A DNA stretch of 64,000 nucleotides from IMG/VR virus record IMGVR_UViG_3300037311_000293. One strand, written 5' to 3'. The DNA is from a virus. Shown here piece by piece: positions 26,733-36,200 of this stretch. Below the pieces are notes generated by a model that saw nothing but the letters and a program-made list of their open reading frames with translations, did not search any database and was not told the origin of the DNA. A program made the translations under genes and the position numbers. Position 1 is the first letter of the stretch, and each line of letters begins with the position of its first letter.

Positions 26733-27190
26733 TCGCCGCAGCGGCTCACGGCGCCTGTGCGGATTGCGGATGCGCCCATGAAGAGTGCGAGTGCACAGAG
26801 GTCCCGGTCGCCGAGACCTATGTCTACGAAGGCGGGTTCGAGTGCCACGGCACTTACCTGTCCGAGTACCGCGGCTTCCGTGTCGTCCGTAAGCTCGGTC
26901 TCTACGAGGCCTTCGTGCTTCTGCGCGACAGCAAGCATGTCAAGGGTCCGCATAACTGGCCCGGCGATCGCGTGTTTCTCAGCCATGCGGGCCTGGTGAA
27001 CCGCGGATGGGCTGCCGTCGACGTCGATCGTGAGCGCGGTCGGATCCGTGTGGTCTACAACTACGACGGCCGCTACACCCTCCAGGAAGCCGGGCTTCAC
27101 GGCTTTCTCGAGGCCACGCGGCAGGCCACGACGTGGTCGGCGAGTCTACGAGCTCTCCACGACTACGCCGAAGACGGAGTGGATCAATGA
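26729..27190 (+). CDS. hypothetical protein with Cys-rich N-terminus
   Basis: CADCGCAHEECEC; ATGA coupling. Confidence 0.7.
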   Translation: MIAAAAHGACADCGCAHEECECTEVPVAETYVYEGGFECHGTYLSEYRGFRVVRKLGLYEAFVLLRDSKHVKGPHNWPGDRVFLSHAGLVNRGWAAVDVDRERGRIRVVYNYDGRYTLQEAGLHGFLEATRQATTWSASLRALHDYAEDGVDQ

Positions 27191-27217
27191 AGAAGAGGGC
27201 TCGCGCCCTCTTCTTTT
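27190..27217. terminator. bidirectional terminator
   Basis: AAGAAGAGGGC/GCCCTCTTCTT between convergent genes. Confidence 0.8.
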
Positions 27218-27220
27218 GCT

Positions 27221-29377
27221 TCAGAACGTACGGCCGACGCCTGCATATCCCGGAGGGGCCAGGGGCGTCTCGTGGTGGTGTTGGAGCATGTTGCCTACGG
27301 TTTGGATCCCTTTGTAGGCACCATAGAGCCCGAGACCCCCGACTCCGATCACTCCGGCCTTCGCCAGGTTCCCTGGGGTGACGAGTAGCTTCTTGGCCGC
27401 CACTCCCGCTGCACCCGTTGCGCCAGGTGCGTTGGTCGGCGCCGGAACTCCCGCTGCGGCCGGTGCTGTCGTCGCGGCCACAGGAGCCATCTTGGCCTTC
27501 TGAGCCTTGTGGGCCTGGAGACGGTCCCCCAAAGACGGAGCCGGCGCCTGGGCGTTCTGTGCCGCCCTCTGGGCGCGCACGACGTCGCGCTGTGCGAGTT
27601 GCTGGCCCACGGTACCCGTGGTGACCTCGCCGCGTGCGATGGCGCGGTTCCGCATCGCCTTCTCGCTGGCCCGGCTCGCCGAGGCGTTCGCGACTTGTGT
27701 CGATTGCCCTTGAAGGCCGGCTCGGAACTGGGCCTTTCGAGCCGCCGAAGAACCGGCACGGAGGTCTCCGATGTTGTGGCCGAAACCCTTTACCGCACGG
27801 GTGCCTTCCTCGACGAAGTCACGACCGAGCTGTCGGGCGCCCTGACCCATGTGCTTTGCCGTCTGCACGGCTTTGCCGACGACACCTCTGGCAACTCGGC
27901 CCGCCATGTTGGCGAGCACGTTGGAGATCTTCTCTTGTTCCTCGGTCGTCATGTACTCCCAATCGGGGTACAGCAACTGCGCGATCTTCTCGAGCTGCGC
28001 CTTCTTGGTACGATCGTCGATCGCCTTGGCCGCGCGATGGGTCACCCCGGGAGCGACCATGGCGAGCCCGGCGATCTCTCTACCGTGGCTCTTGCCGAAC
28101 TTGCTGTCGGTCCCGAGGCCCTTCTCGAGCGCCAATCCGGCAGCACGGATCTTGGGGTTGCGGGCCTTGGACAACCGATGACCCGCTGCGCTCGCTGCAT
28201 ACGGCGCGGCAAGAACGGCGAGACCTGCGTCGTCGATGCGGTCTGAGATGTGCTGCGCCCGCTCGCTCAGGGCCGCTGCCTTGATTTCGGCCTCTGCGGC
28301 TTCGACATCTTCTGCGGTCTGCGTGGCGCGAGCAAACGCCGATGTACCCGGGAGCGCAGAGATGCCGGCGTGGTCCTCCCCGAGAACCGGACGCGAGCGC
28401 GTCAGCTCTTCGCCCTTCGAGGCTTTGGCCATGTTGAGCTCGGCGGTGAGGCGGGCTGCCTTCTCCATCTTGTCGAGCTTGGTGTAGTAGTCCGGGCGTT
28501 CGCGAAGGTGATCGATCGCGATCTGCTTTGCGATGCTGGGCTTGTCGGTGTGTTCCTTCTCCACGGCGATTCCCTTTCTGACCTGCGAACCGGGTAGGCC
28601 GCGAGCAGAGTCGTGAGGTGTCGTCAGATCTTTCTTGCTGATGCCGGCGGCCTTCATCCGCTCTGCACGTCCAGCAAGACGAAGGCCTTCGTTGAGAGCC
28701 CCGAGCTGAGCCACGCGTTTCGGTGACGTCTTGGCCTTTGCAGCAGCATCGAAGGCCGCGTCGTAGCGAGCTCGTGTCGCCTTGGCCGCTGAGCCAATAC
28801 CACTGGGGGCCTTGTCCAATAGGCGCTTGCGAATCCAATCGGCACTCACGGCTTCTTTGATGCCCACAGAGCTGTCGGCTGCGGCACCACCGAATACCGC
28901 ACCCTCGCGGGTGTGGAGGATCTTGGCAACCTTCTTGCCGTGGTTTGCTTTGTCCAGAACCTTGGACTTGAAGTCTTCCATCGCCATCTCCTTCATCGAT
29001 CCGAAGAAGCGAGGATCGTTGTATTGCTTCATGTACGCGGCTTTGGCTTCCTCAGCGGACTTGAAGCCCAGCATGACCTTCTGTTCATCGAAGAGCATCC
29101 AGTCCAGACCGTCTCCGGGGGACGAACCGCGGGGCTTCTTCATCTGATCGATGATGAAGACCTTCTCGCTGGTGGTATCCGGGCCGATGTAGACGTCGAC
29201 GTGATCACCATCGGTACCCTCGGTGTTCCAGATGTAGCCGTAGTGGTGATGCATCTTGGTCGATCCAGTCTCCTTGCCATGAGGATCGAACCATCGGCGC
29301 ACAGAACCCCGGGCGTTCTCGATGCTGATGTCGAGTCCCCACAGTTTCATGCGGCCCTGGAGCTTGTGAGCAGTCAT
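27221..29377 (-). CDS. polyvalent virion-type protein: inorganic-pyrophosphatase-like domain plus DUF5661-like domain
   Basis: GLDISIEN..GS.R...HYGYI..T.G.DGD.VDVYIGP...FDEQKVMLGF; GIAVEKEH...IAIDHL.E.PDYYTKL. Confidence 0.75.
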   Translation of the reverse strand: MTAHKLQGRMKLWGLDISIENARGSVRRWFDPHGKETGSTKMHHHYGYIWNTEGTDGDHVDVYIGPDTTSEKVFIIDQMKKPRGSSPGDGLDWMLFDEQKVMLGFKSAEEAKAAYMKQYNDPRFFGSMKEMAMEDFKSKVLDKANHGKKVAKILHTREGAVFGGAAADSSVGIKEAVSADWIRKRLLDKAPSGIGSAAKATRARYDAAFDAAAKAKTSPKRVAQLGALNEGLRLAGRAERMKAAGISKKDLTTPHDSARGLPGSQVRKGIAVEKEHTDKPSIAKQIAIDHLRERPDYYTKLDKMEKAARLTAELNMAKASKGEELTRSRPVLGEDHAGISALPGTSAFARATQTAEDVEAAEAEIKAAALSERAQHISDRIDDAGLAVLAAPYAASAAGHRLSKARNPKIRAAGLALEKGLGTDSKFGKSHGREIAGLAMVAPGVTHRAAKAIDDRTKKAQLEKIAQLLYPDWEYMTTEEQEKISNVLANMAGRVARGVVGKAVQTAKHMGQGARQLGRDFVEEGTRAVKGFGHNIGDLRAGSSAARKAQFRAGLQGQSTQVANASASRASEKAMRNRAIARGEVTTGTVGQQLAQRDVVRAQRAAQNAQAPAPSLGDRLQAHKAQKAKMAPVAATTAPAAAGVPAPTNAPGATGAAGVAAKKLLVTPGNLAKAGVIGVGGLGLYGAYKGIQTVGNMLQHHHETPLAPPGYAGVGRTF

Positions 29378-29437
29378 TGCGGGAGTATAGCGTGCCGATC
29401 TCCTGTAAGGGAACGACCAAAATACCCGAGAAAACGC

Positions 29438-29444
29438 CTATAAG
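29438..29444 (+). promoter_or_regulatory. CTATNAG motif (AACGCCTATAAGATC)
   Basis: Upstream of the MYG1 gene in a divergent gap. Confidence 0.65.
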
Positions 29445-29487
29445 ATCATGAAGAGAACAACTAGTGCCATTGGCACACGGAGGTATC

Positions 29488-30402
29488 ATGATCATTGCAA
29501 CTCACAACGGCGTGTTTCAAGCGGACGACGTCTTCGCTGTGGCAACGCTTCTTCTCATCCACCCCAAGGCGCGCGTCATCAGGACGCGTGACCCCAAGGA
29601 GCTCGCGTCCGCCGACATCGTGGTGGACGTCGGCGGGGTCTACGACCCCGACACGAAGAGGTACGACCACCACCAGCGCGGACGCGCTGGCGTGCGCCCG
29701 CTCTCGGGGATTCCGTACTCGGCCTTCGGGCTGGTGTGGAAGCATCATCAGCACTGGCTCGCCACCACGCTGAGCTCCATGGCCGTGGAGGATGCGACGG
29801 AGGCACTGAAGCGCGTCGAGGAGACCCTCGTCATCGGAATCGACGCCACCGACAACGGCTTCGATCTCCCGCACTCGCCGTACGCGCTGAGCATCAGCGC
29901 GGTCATCTCTCAGATGAACCCGACGTGGGTGGGGTCGCCGGAGATGCCGACGTTCGACAGCCGCTTCTTCGAAGCCGTCGAGTTCGCGACGCGGGTGCTT
30001 CGTGACCGCATCGCGTCGGAGTACGCCACGGTCAAGGCGCGGAACAAGGTCCGCGAGGCGATCGACTACTCCAAGCGCAACGATCCTCGGATCATCCTGC
30101 TGGACAACGGCGGAATGCCGTGGACCGATGTTGTCTGCGCAGAGGCGCCATACGCCCAGTACGTCGTGTTCCAGGCGCCCGACAGCACCTGGATGTGCCA
30201 GGCGGTCCCGGATGCACCGGGGTCGTTCGGCATGCGCCGCGCGCTGCCTGAAGAATGGGCGGGTCTGCGTGACCAGGAGTTCCGCTCGAAGACTGCGGTG
30301 GAATCCGCAGTCTTCTGTCACCCCGGGCGCTTCATCTGCGGCGCCGGTACCAAGCTGGACGCCCTCAAGCTGGCCAACCAGGCCATGATGGGAAAGCAGT
30401 GA
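29488..30402 (+). CDS. MYG1-family (DHH) hydrolase/exonuclease
   Basis: IATHNG.F.ADDV, DIVVDVGG.YD...YDHHQ, YSAFGLVW, FCHPGRFI. Confidence 0.92.
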   Translation: MIIATHNGVFQADDVFAVATLLLIHPKARVIRTRDPKELASADIVVDVGGVYDPDTKRYDHHQRGRAGVRPLSGIPYSAFGLVWKHHQHWLATTLSSMAVEDATEALKRVEETLVIGIDATDNGFDLPHSPYALSISAVISQMNPTWVGSPEMPTFDSRFFEAVEFATRVLRDRIASEYATVKARNKVREAIDYSKRNDPRIILLDNGGMPWTDVVCAEAPYAQYVVFQAPDSTWMCQAVPDAPGSFGMRRALPEEWAGLRDQEFRSKTAVESAVFCHPGRFICGAGTKLDALKLANQAMMGKQ

Positions 30403-30644
30403 TCTACATCGCTTTTCTGTGGGGCATGTTCTTGATCATCGCGAATGCACCACTGCGTGCGTTCGCTCGAGGAGCTGGTTGGGGTGTCGCCCTGAACCCC
30501 GGCACGATCCTCGTTCTGGGTGCTCTCCTCCCCTTCATCGCCTTCGCCAAGCTCCTCCTCCTCTTCGGTGGTGGCGATGACGGGATGTACGAGGACGAGA
30601 TGCACGCCGCCGGGGCTGGGCTCCGGTGTCGTGATCGGAGTTGA
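30399..30644 (+). CDS. small membrane protein
   Basis: Two hydrophobic segments and an acidic tail; probable GTG start overlapping the upstream stop. Confidence 0.55.
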   Translation: MIYIAFLWGMFLIIANAPLRAFARGAGWGVALNPGTILVLGALLPFIAFAKLLLLFGGGDDGMYEDEMHAAGAGLRCRDRS

Positions 30645-30645
30645 G

Positions 30646-30690
30646 CCCCGGGGTTCGCCCCGGGGTTCCTCCGAACCCTTTGCTTTTCTT
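30646..30690 (+). terminator. terminator with overlapping alternative hairpins
   Basis: CCCCGGGG-TTCG-CCCCGGGG overlaps GGGTTC-CTCC-GAACCC followed by TTTGCTTTTCTT. Confidence 0.6.
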
Positions 30691-30697
30691 CTATGAG
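30691..30697 (+). promoter_or_regulatory. CTATNAG motif (CTATGAG)
   Basis: 14 nt before ATG 30712. Confidence 0.6.
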
Positions 30698-30711
30698 TCA
30701 GTGAGGAGCCC

Positions 30712-31029
30712 ATGAATACCAAGACAGTGATTGCCTTCGCCGAGCACGGACGAAACACCCCATCAGCAGTAGTGCTCAAGGAAGCACTGGATACCCCGGG
30801 ATTCAAGGAGCTGACACTTCTTGATCTGGAGGAACCATACATTCTCGAAGAGTTCGAAGCGTGCTCTTGGGGACATGCACAGACCTATCTACAAGCCAAG
30901 TACTTCCAAACGATCTATTCACCGCCTGACCCGATCGTTTGGCTTCCGTGGGATGAGATGCACAAGGCGGCTCGAACTCCTGTGGGAAAAGCAGTGATCA
31001 ATAAACTTCGACTCAAAAAGCCAAAGTGA
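30712..31029 (+). CDS. hypothetical protein
   Basis: GAGGAG RBS. Confidence 0.7.
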   Translation: MNTKTVIAFAEHGRNTPSAVVLKEALDTPGFKELTLLDLEEPYILEEFEACSWGHAQTYLQAKYFQTIYSPPDPIVWLPWDEMHKAARTPVGKAVINKLRLKKPK

Positions 31030-31047
31030 TGATGCATCGGTTTTCTC

Positions 31048-31054
31048 CTATGAG
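31048..31054 (+). promoter_or_regulatory. CTATNAG motif (CTATGAG)
   Basis: Shares CTATGAGT.AGTGAGGAGC with the copy at 30691. Confidence 0.6.
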
Positions 31055-31085
31055 TTAGTGAGGAGCGTTCCTCAGAGGAGACAAC

Positions 31086-31538
31086 ATGAGCATTCATCAG
31101 CAACTGCGGGCCCTCATCGAAGACAACGAGCTCACCAACGGCGACGTCGCCGCGCGTTCCCTGGAGATCTTGGGACTGACGCTCGACCAACTCCCGCAGG
31201 TCGACGGCAACATCTGGTGGGTTCCCGTCGTGCCCGACGAAGGCATGACGCTGGCCATCGCGGTCTCGTCGTACGCATTGGAGCACAATCGTCAGTCGGC
31301 CAAGAAGGTGCCGGTCGTCGAGATCCACGAGTACAGAGATCGGGGTGCTGCCCATCCGGTGACGGACGCACGTCACGCCTACATCACGGGACCGTCGACA
31401 CTGCTGTACACCCCCGACGAGCCTCTCGGTGGTGCTCCGCGCCGAACCGCGGTGCTCGTCACCACATCCGTCGTCCTCGCCGCCATGGACAAGGATCTGA
31501 TCAAGCGATTCAACACCGGGTTCATTCTCGGCTGCTGA
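31086..31538 (+). CDS. phage hypothetical protein (GPS.L.Y.PD.PL motif)
   Basis: ITGPSTLLYTPDEPL resembles a common phage family. Confidence 0.7.
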   Translation: MSIHQQLRALIEDNELTNGDVAARSLEILGLTLDQLPQVDGNIWWVPVVPDEGMTLAIAVSSYALEHNRQSAKKVPVVEIHEYRDRGAAHPVTDARHAYITGPSTLLYTPDEPLGGAPRRTAVLVTTSVVLAAMDKDLIKRFNTGFILGC

Positions 31539-31635
31539 GTCAATGAATCGGGTTCCCCACCCGATTCTTTTGCATACAAAAACAGATCATAGATCACATA
31601 TAAGTCTGTGTAGGGCACATGCCCCTGGAGGAGAC

Positions 31636-32145
31636 ATGAACGCACAAGAAATCAATCAGAAGATCCGCGACATCAAGGCTGGCGAAGGCACGCACGGGGA
31701 CAAGATGGCGGAAGCCATCCGGTTCCTCGAGGAGAACGGCATCGCCGTCGTACTGCCCGAGACCGCGTTCAAGGTGTACTGGGACATCATCCCGGTCCCC
31801 GAGACCGCGCAGATGATCTGCATCGCCGTCAGCGGCAACGCCCTCGAGCGCAACCTCTACGAGGACCACGACAAGCACTGGAACGTGCTCGAGCTCTTCG
31901 CCACGTCCGAGATGATGAAGGAGGCGGGTTCCATCCACCCCGTCATCGCGCGGCACGTCGTCATGACGGGACCGGGGGAGATCATCCATCGTCCCGGTGA
32001 CCTGCTCGCCGGCCAGGCGCGGCGCATGGCCGTCATGACGACGCGGTACCCAGTGTTCGGCGCGTCCGACACCGTCGAGCAGTCCGACCTCATCGGGCGC
32101 ACCCCGACGGCGACGCGAAGGGAGCGTGGCGCCTACGGCTGCTGA
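31636..32145 (+). CDS. hypothetical protein
   Basis: GGAGGAG RBS, high GC3. Confidence 0.8.
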   Translation: MNAQEINQKIRDIKAGEGTHGDKMAEAIRFLEENGIAVVLPETAFKVYWDIIPVPETAQMICIAVSGNALERNLYEDHDKHWNVLELFATSEMMKEAGSIHPVIARHVVMTGPGEIIHRPGDLLAGQARRMAVMTTRYPVFGASDTVEQSDLIGRTPTATRRERGAYGC

Positions 32146-32162
32146 TCAGCCAGGGCCAAATC

Positions 32163-32194
32163 AAAAGAGCGGGGCAATGCCCCGCTCTTTCTTT
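32163..32194. terminator. bidirectional terminator
   Basis: AAAGAGCGGG/CCGCTCTTT between convergent units. Confidence 0.75.
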
Positions 32195-32212
32195 GCTTGT
32201 GTCGCGCAGAGC

Positions 32213-32920
32213 TCAGGTGATGAGCTCGATGGTGCGCGTCGCGATGGGTACGGCGAGCTCGAACTGCACAGCGACCGACTCCTGCACGATGACACCCTGT
32301 GCATCCGTGGCGAACGTGTGGTTCGGGATGTAGCAGGACTCGAGGTAGAAGGCGCCGTAGGTGTCGAGGTTGCTGTCCTTGACGACCACCAGAAGACCGA
32401 TGGGCTGCGAGAACAGGTCCGACGCCAGGTTGATGTAGAAGTTCTCGTAGCCCGGCGGGATGACGACGTCGTGGGGATTCGGCATCGCCCCGGCGCCGAC
32501 GTTGGGGAACACCGACGGCACGATTGTCGACGGCACCAGGTCTTGGTAGTAGGCGTACAGCACCCGGAGGATGCTGGGGCCGTGGTAGAGCACGCGGCTG
32601 AGCCCGAGCTGCCCGATGGTGCGGCCCGAGATGAAGTAGCTGCGCTCCGAGCCGAGCTCGAAGATGCGGCTGATCTGCCGGTTGTGGCTGATGTTCATGT
32701 TCTGGGTGATACCGACCGGGTACACGATCTGACTCGCCGTTGCCGGAGAGCTCAGAGCGGCACCCAGACTCAACGCACCACCCACCGTCGCGAGGCGCGA
32801 GGGCCCCGCGAAGATGCCCATGAAGGCGCCGGAGATGAACTGGCCGTCCACCATCCCGGGCCCTTCGCCTCCGCTCTGTACGTAGGACTCGTACGGCTTC
32901 CAGTTGCTGTAGCTGGCCAT
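32213..32920 (-). CDS. tail tube protein
   Basis: Downstream of the sheath; VGITQNMNISHNRQISRIFELGS and YLESCYI pattern typical of tube proteins. Confidence 0.75.
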   Translation of the reverse strand: MASYSNWKPYESYVQSGGEGPGMVDGQFISGAFMGIFAGPSRLATVGGALSLGAALSSPATASQIVYPVGITQNMNISHNRQISRIFELGSERSYFISGRTIGQLGLSRVLYHGPSILRVLYAYYQDLVPSTIVPSVFPNVGAGAMPNPHDVVIPPGYENFYINLASDLFSQPIGLLVVVKDSNLDTYGAFYLESCYIPNHTFATDAQGVIVQESVAVQFELAVPIATRTIELIT

Positions 32921-32921
32921 T

Positions 32922-33236
32922 TCACTTTCTCCTGGTTGCGGTGTCGGCAGCCGTCAGGAAGTCGTCGATCACCGAGGCGTCTGGGGTCTTGAGCGCCGCC
33001 AGCTTCTGCCGTACCCGGTACTCCCTGAGATCTTCTTCGGCAGACTTGGTCTTGGTGCTCTCGATGATCGCCTTGACTTCGTCGAGGGGCGACTTCTCGC
33101 GAGCGATGCGAAGAACAGCGTTGCCCTTGTCGGGCTCGGCAGCTTTCTCTGCGGCTTTGAGCGTCTCGAGCTCGACGAGATCCTCGGTGAGGGCCTCATC
33201 GAACTCGTGCGCTGCCTTGAGGTATCGGTGCGTCAT
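32922..33236 (-). CDS. small virion/assembly protein
   Basis: Between sheath and tube; helical; contains KLAA. Confidence 0.6.
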   Translation of the reverse strand: MTHRYLKAAHEFDEALTEDLVELETLKAAEKAAEPDKGNAVLRIAREKSPLDEVKAIIESTKTKSAEEDLREYRVRQKLAALKTPDASVIDDFLTAADTATRRK

Positions 33237-33237
33237 C

Positions 33238-36200
33238 TCAGACCACCAGCGTGATGCGGATGTAGTTCAGGGGGTAGAGCACCCCGACCGTGATGTCGAT
33301 CTCGAGCGTGTCCGGAGCCGTCGCCGACTGCCGGATGGCGTTGATGCGGAGCTCGGAGAGCACGCCCTGACGCACGAGGAACGCCGCCAGGCCGTCGAGC
33401 GTGATGCTGATGGCGTCCTGGACGTTGGTCGAGATGTTGAAGCGGCCGATGAAGTTGCGAAGACCGACGCGAAGGAACTTCGCCGTGAAGTCGAGCGCCC
33501 GCGTGATGCTGGCCTCGCGCTTCTCGATCGTCGACATGTCCGTCGTGAGCTGGTGCCGCGTCTTGACCGGCTGGCCCACGGCCTCTTGGTACAGGACCCA
33601 GAGACCACCACCACTCATCATCTTGAGCTGGAGCTCGGAGTACCGGTCGGTGGCTCCGATGACACCGCTGAAGCCCGCGATCGATTCCTCGGTCAGGGGC
33701 TGCTGCGGCGGTACCGCGCTCATCTTGCCGGCGAGCGCGGCGGAGAGGTAGTAGCCCGGGACGGCGGTCTCGAGCCCGTCGATGGTGGCCTTGGCCGTAT
33801 CCGGGGCCGTGGTGATGACGCGACGATCGAGGTAGCCGCGCGCGATGTCGGCGTACGCCGTGGCCTCATCCGTCCGATTCGCCAGAGCGCCACCGCGAAT
33901 CTTGATGGACACCGGGCGGTCGACGACAGCGGAGGTGAACACCGGGCTTCCTCCGCCATCGAGGAAGAAGTCGTTGCTCGCGCTCAGCGGACCGTCATTG
34001 ACGGTGACGAGGGCGCCGCTGACGCTCTCGACGAGGTACTTGTTGGTGTCGCCCTCGAACTCAAGGAAGACGCCATCGCTCTCGGTGTACGTCGGGCCCG
34101 GAAGGCCCAGCGCAGCCAGAAGGCTCTGGACGTTGGCGATCCCCGTGGCCACGACATTCGTCGGGGCTCCGGAGACGTTGGCGGTCGGCGCCGACGCCAC
34201 GAGGGTGTCGGACTTCCGCGTCGGCCGGCGCGGATTCAGGATGGCGATGCGCTCGAGGCCGTTCTCGGGCTTCGAGAGCTCGTCGACGTGGATCTGAGCG
34301 GCCTGGCCGACGTCGTTGCTGTGCGTCAGCGGTGCGATGGCGTAGACGTCCTTGGACTCCAGATACTCCAGCGCCCGGATGTAGGCCGCCAAGGCGCCCT
34401 CGGGCTCGGTGTCGCTGGTGGTGTCGACGCCGCAGCCCGTGACCTCGATGCCCGGGGCGTTGAGCAGGGCGAAGTACATCCCGAGCCCCAAGGGGTTCTG
34501 GGTGTCGAGCGGCCCGAGCTCGGCCTCGAGGTCCGTGGTGTTGCCGTAGCGAGCGAGGTTGAAGTCCGTACCCAGGGGACTGACGTCACGACGAAGCGCG
34601 GTGTACGCCAGGTACGTGCTGAGCGGCCCAGCCAGGGTGGCGTCACCGTTGGTCTGTCGGAACAACTCGTACTTGATCAGAACCGTCCCGCTCTCTTCAT
34701 CGACACGGAGCTCCGAAGCCGGACGCGTTGCCGAGGCCGCGTTGTTGTCGAGGCCCTTGGCCACGATCGACCACGTCGAGCCCGTGTAGCTCAGGAGCTG
34801 CTCGGCGCTGAGACGGAGACGATTGGTCGGGGTCACTGGGATTTCGGTAATGGTTCCGATGCGGAGACCGTTGACCCAGACTTCGTCACCGACCTGCGGA
34901 GAGAACGCCTTGCCGTAGATCACAGCGGTGTTCTCGAAGGGCTCACCCGCCCCGGTCAGGCCGAGGTTCGTGAGTAGCGTGGCGTCGGACGCCGTGGTGT
35001 CGATGCGAATCGAGCTCTCACGGCCGCCGAACGTCGACGGGCTGCGGAGCACGAGCTCGTTTGCGGCGTTGAGGCTGGCAACGCCGGCCCAGAGCCCGTT
35101 GATTGCCGACACGATGTTCGCAGCAGACGCGATGGTGTTGGGCATCACGAGCTGCTGGAACTGGTCGCCGTCGATGCTCATGCGGAGCACACGGCCGTGG
35201 ACATCGGCCGCGAAGGTCAGCAGCGAGAGGTTGGCGCCGCCCTGGGCCCGCGCACGCGACGGCTTGCCATCGGCGAAGGCGCCCACGGCGAGGCCGAGGT
35301 TGCCCGAAGTCGCCGTACCGCCAGTGCGCTCGAAGGACGAGGACACGCCGGTCAGCGTCGACGTCAGAACCAGGACGTTTCCGGAGCCCAGGCTTGCCAC
35401 CGTGGCACCGAAGGCCGTGTTGATCGCCGTCACGACATCGGCAGCCGAAGCCAGGCCAGCGAAGTTGACGGTGACCGGAGCGGCGCCGTTCATCGAGAAC
35501 ACCGCCGACGTCGTGTTGAGGGCGCCGAAGGTTCCGCTGAGATCGATGTTGCCGACGAGTCGCGCGGCGGCATCGGCGAAGACGCCACCACTGAAGTTGA
35601 GGTACGGCGACAGGTTGTCGCCATCACCGTCGTCCTGCACCGAGACCGCAGAGGTCGCGCCGTCGAGGAAGGCCTCGGTGCGCAGGACTTCGCGGATGTT
35701 GCCGGCACCATCGTTCAGGAAGACCCGCACGGTGTCGTAGTCGATGACAAGATCGTCGATGTTGCCCCGGGGGTCGGGGTAATCACCACCGGCCAGCCGA
35801 AGCTGGGTGTAGTTGGTGTAGCCCGTTGCACCGGTGTTGCGGTATCCCGTGGTGACGCCGAACGCCGTGAGGACATCGGAGGCGGTACCGCTCCCGATTT
35901 CGAGGCTGGCGTTCTCGCCAGTGGCCGTGGTTTGGATCACGACACGTTGCTGCGTGCCGCTGGTCTCGACGACGGCCTCGAGGCCCGGGATGGCCTCGGT
36001 GTTGATGGCGTCGGCCACTTCCGTTGCCGTCAGGTCCGGTCCCGTGGGGAACGTCACGGTCCGCGCCGCGCCGTTGTTGACCGCGACCTCGAGGGCGTCG
36101 GTTCCGATGCCGGTGTACTCGAAGGGGCTGCTGACCCATGCGAAGGGGATGCGCGCCGGGAGGGAGACCCGGGCGTCGCTGTTCAGGCTGCCGTCGTCTT

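Noticed and set aside
30399-30644. Holin
   Set aside because: Two TM segments fit, but the tail is acidic, the gene is in an early-type island and no endolysin is adjacent.
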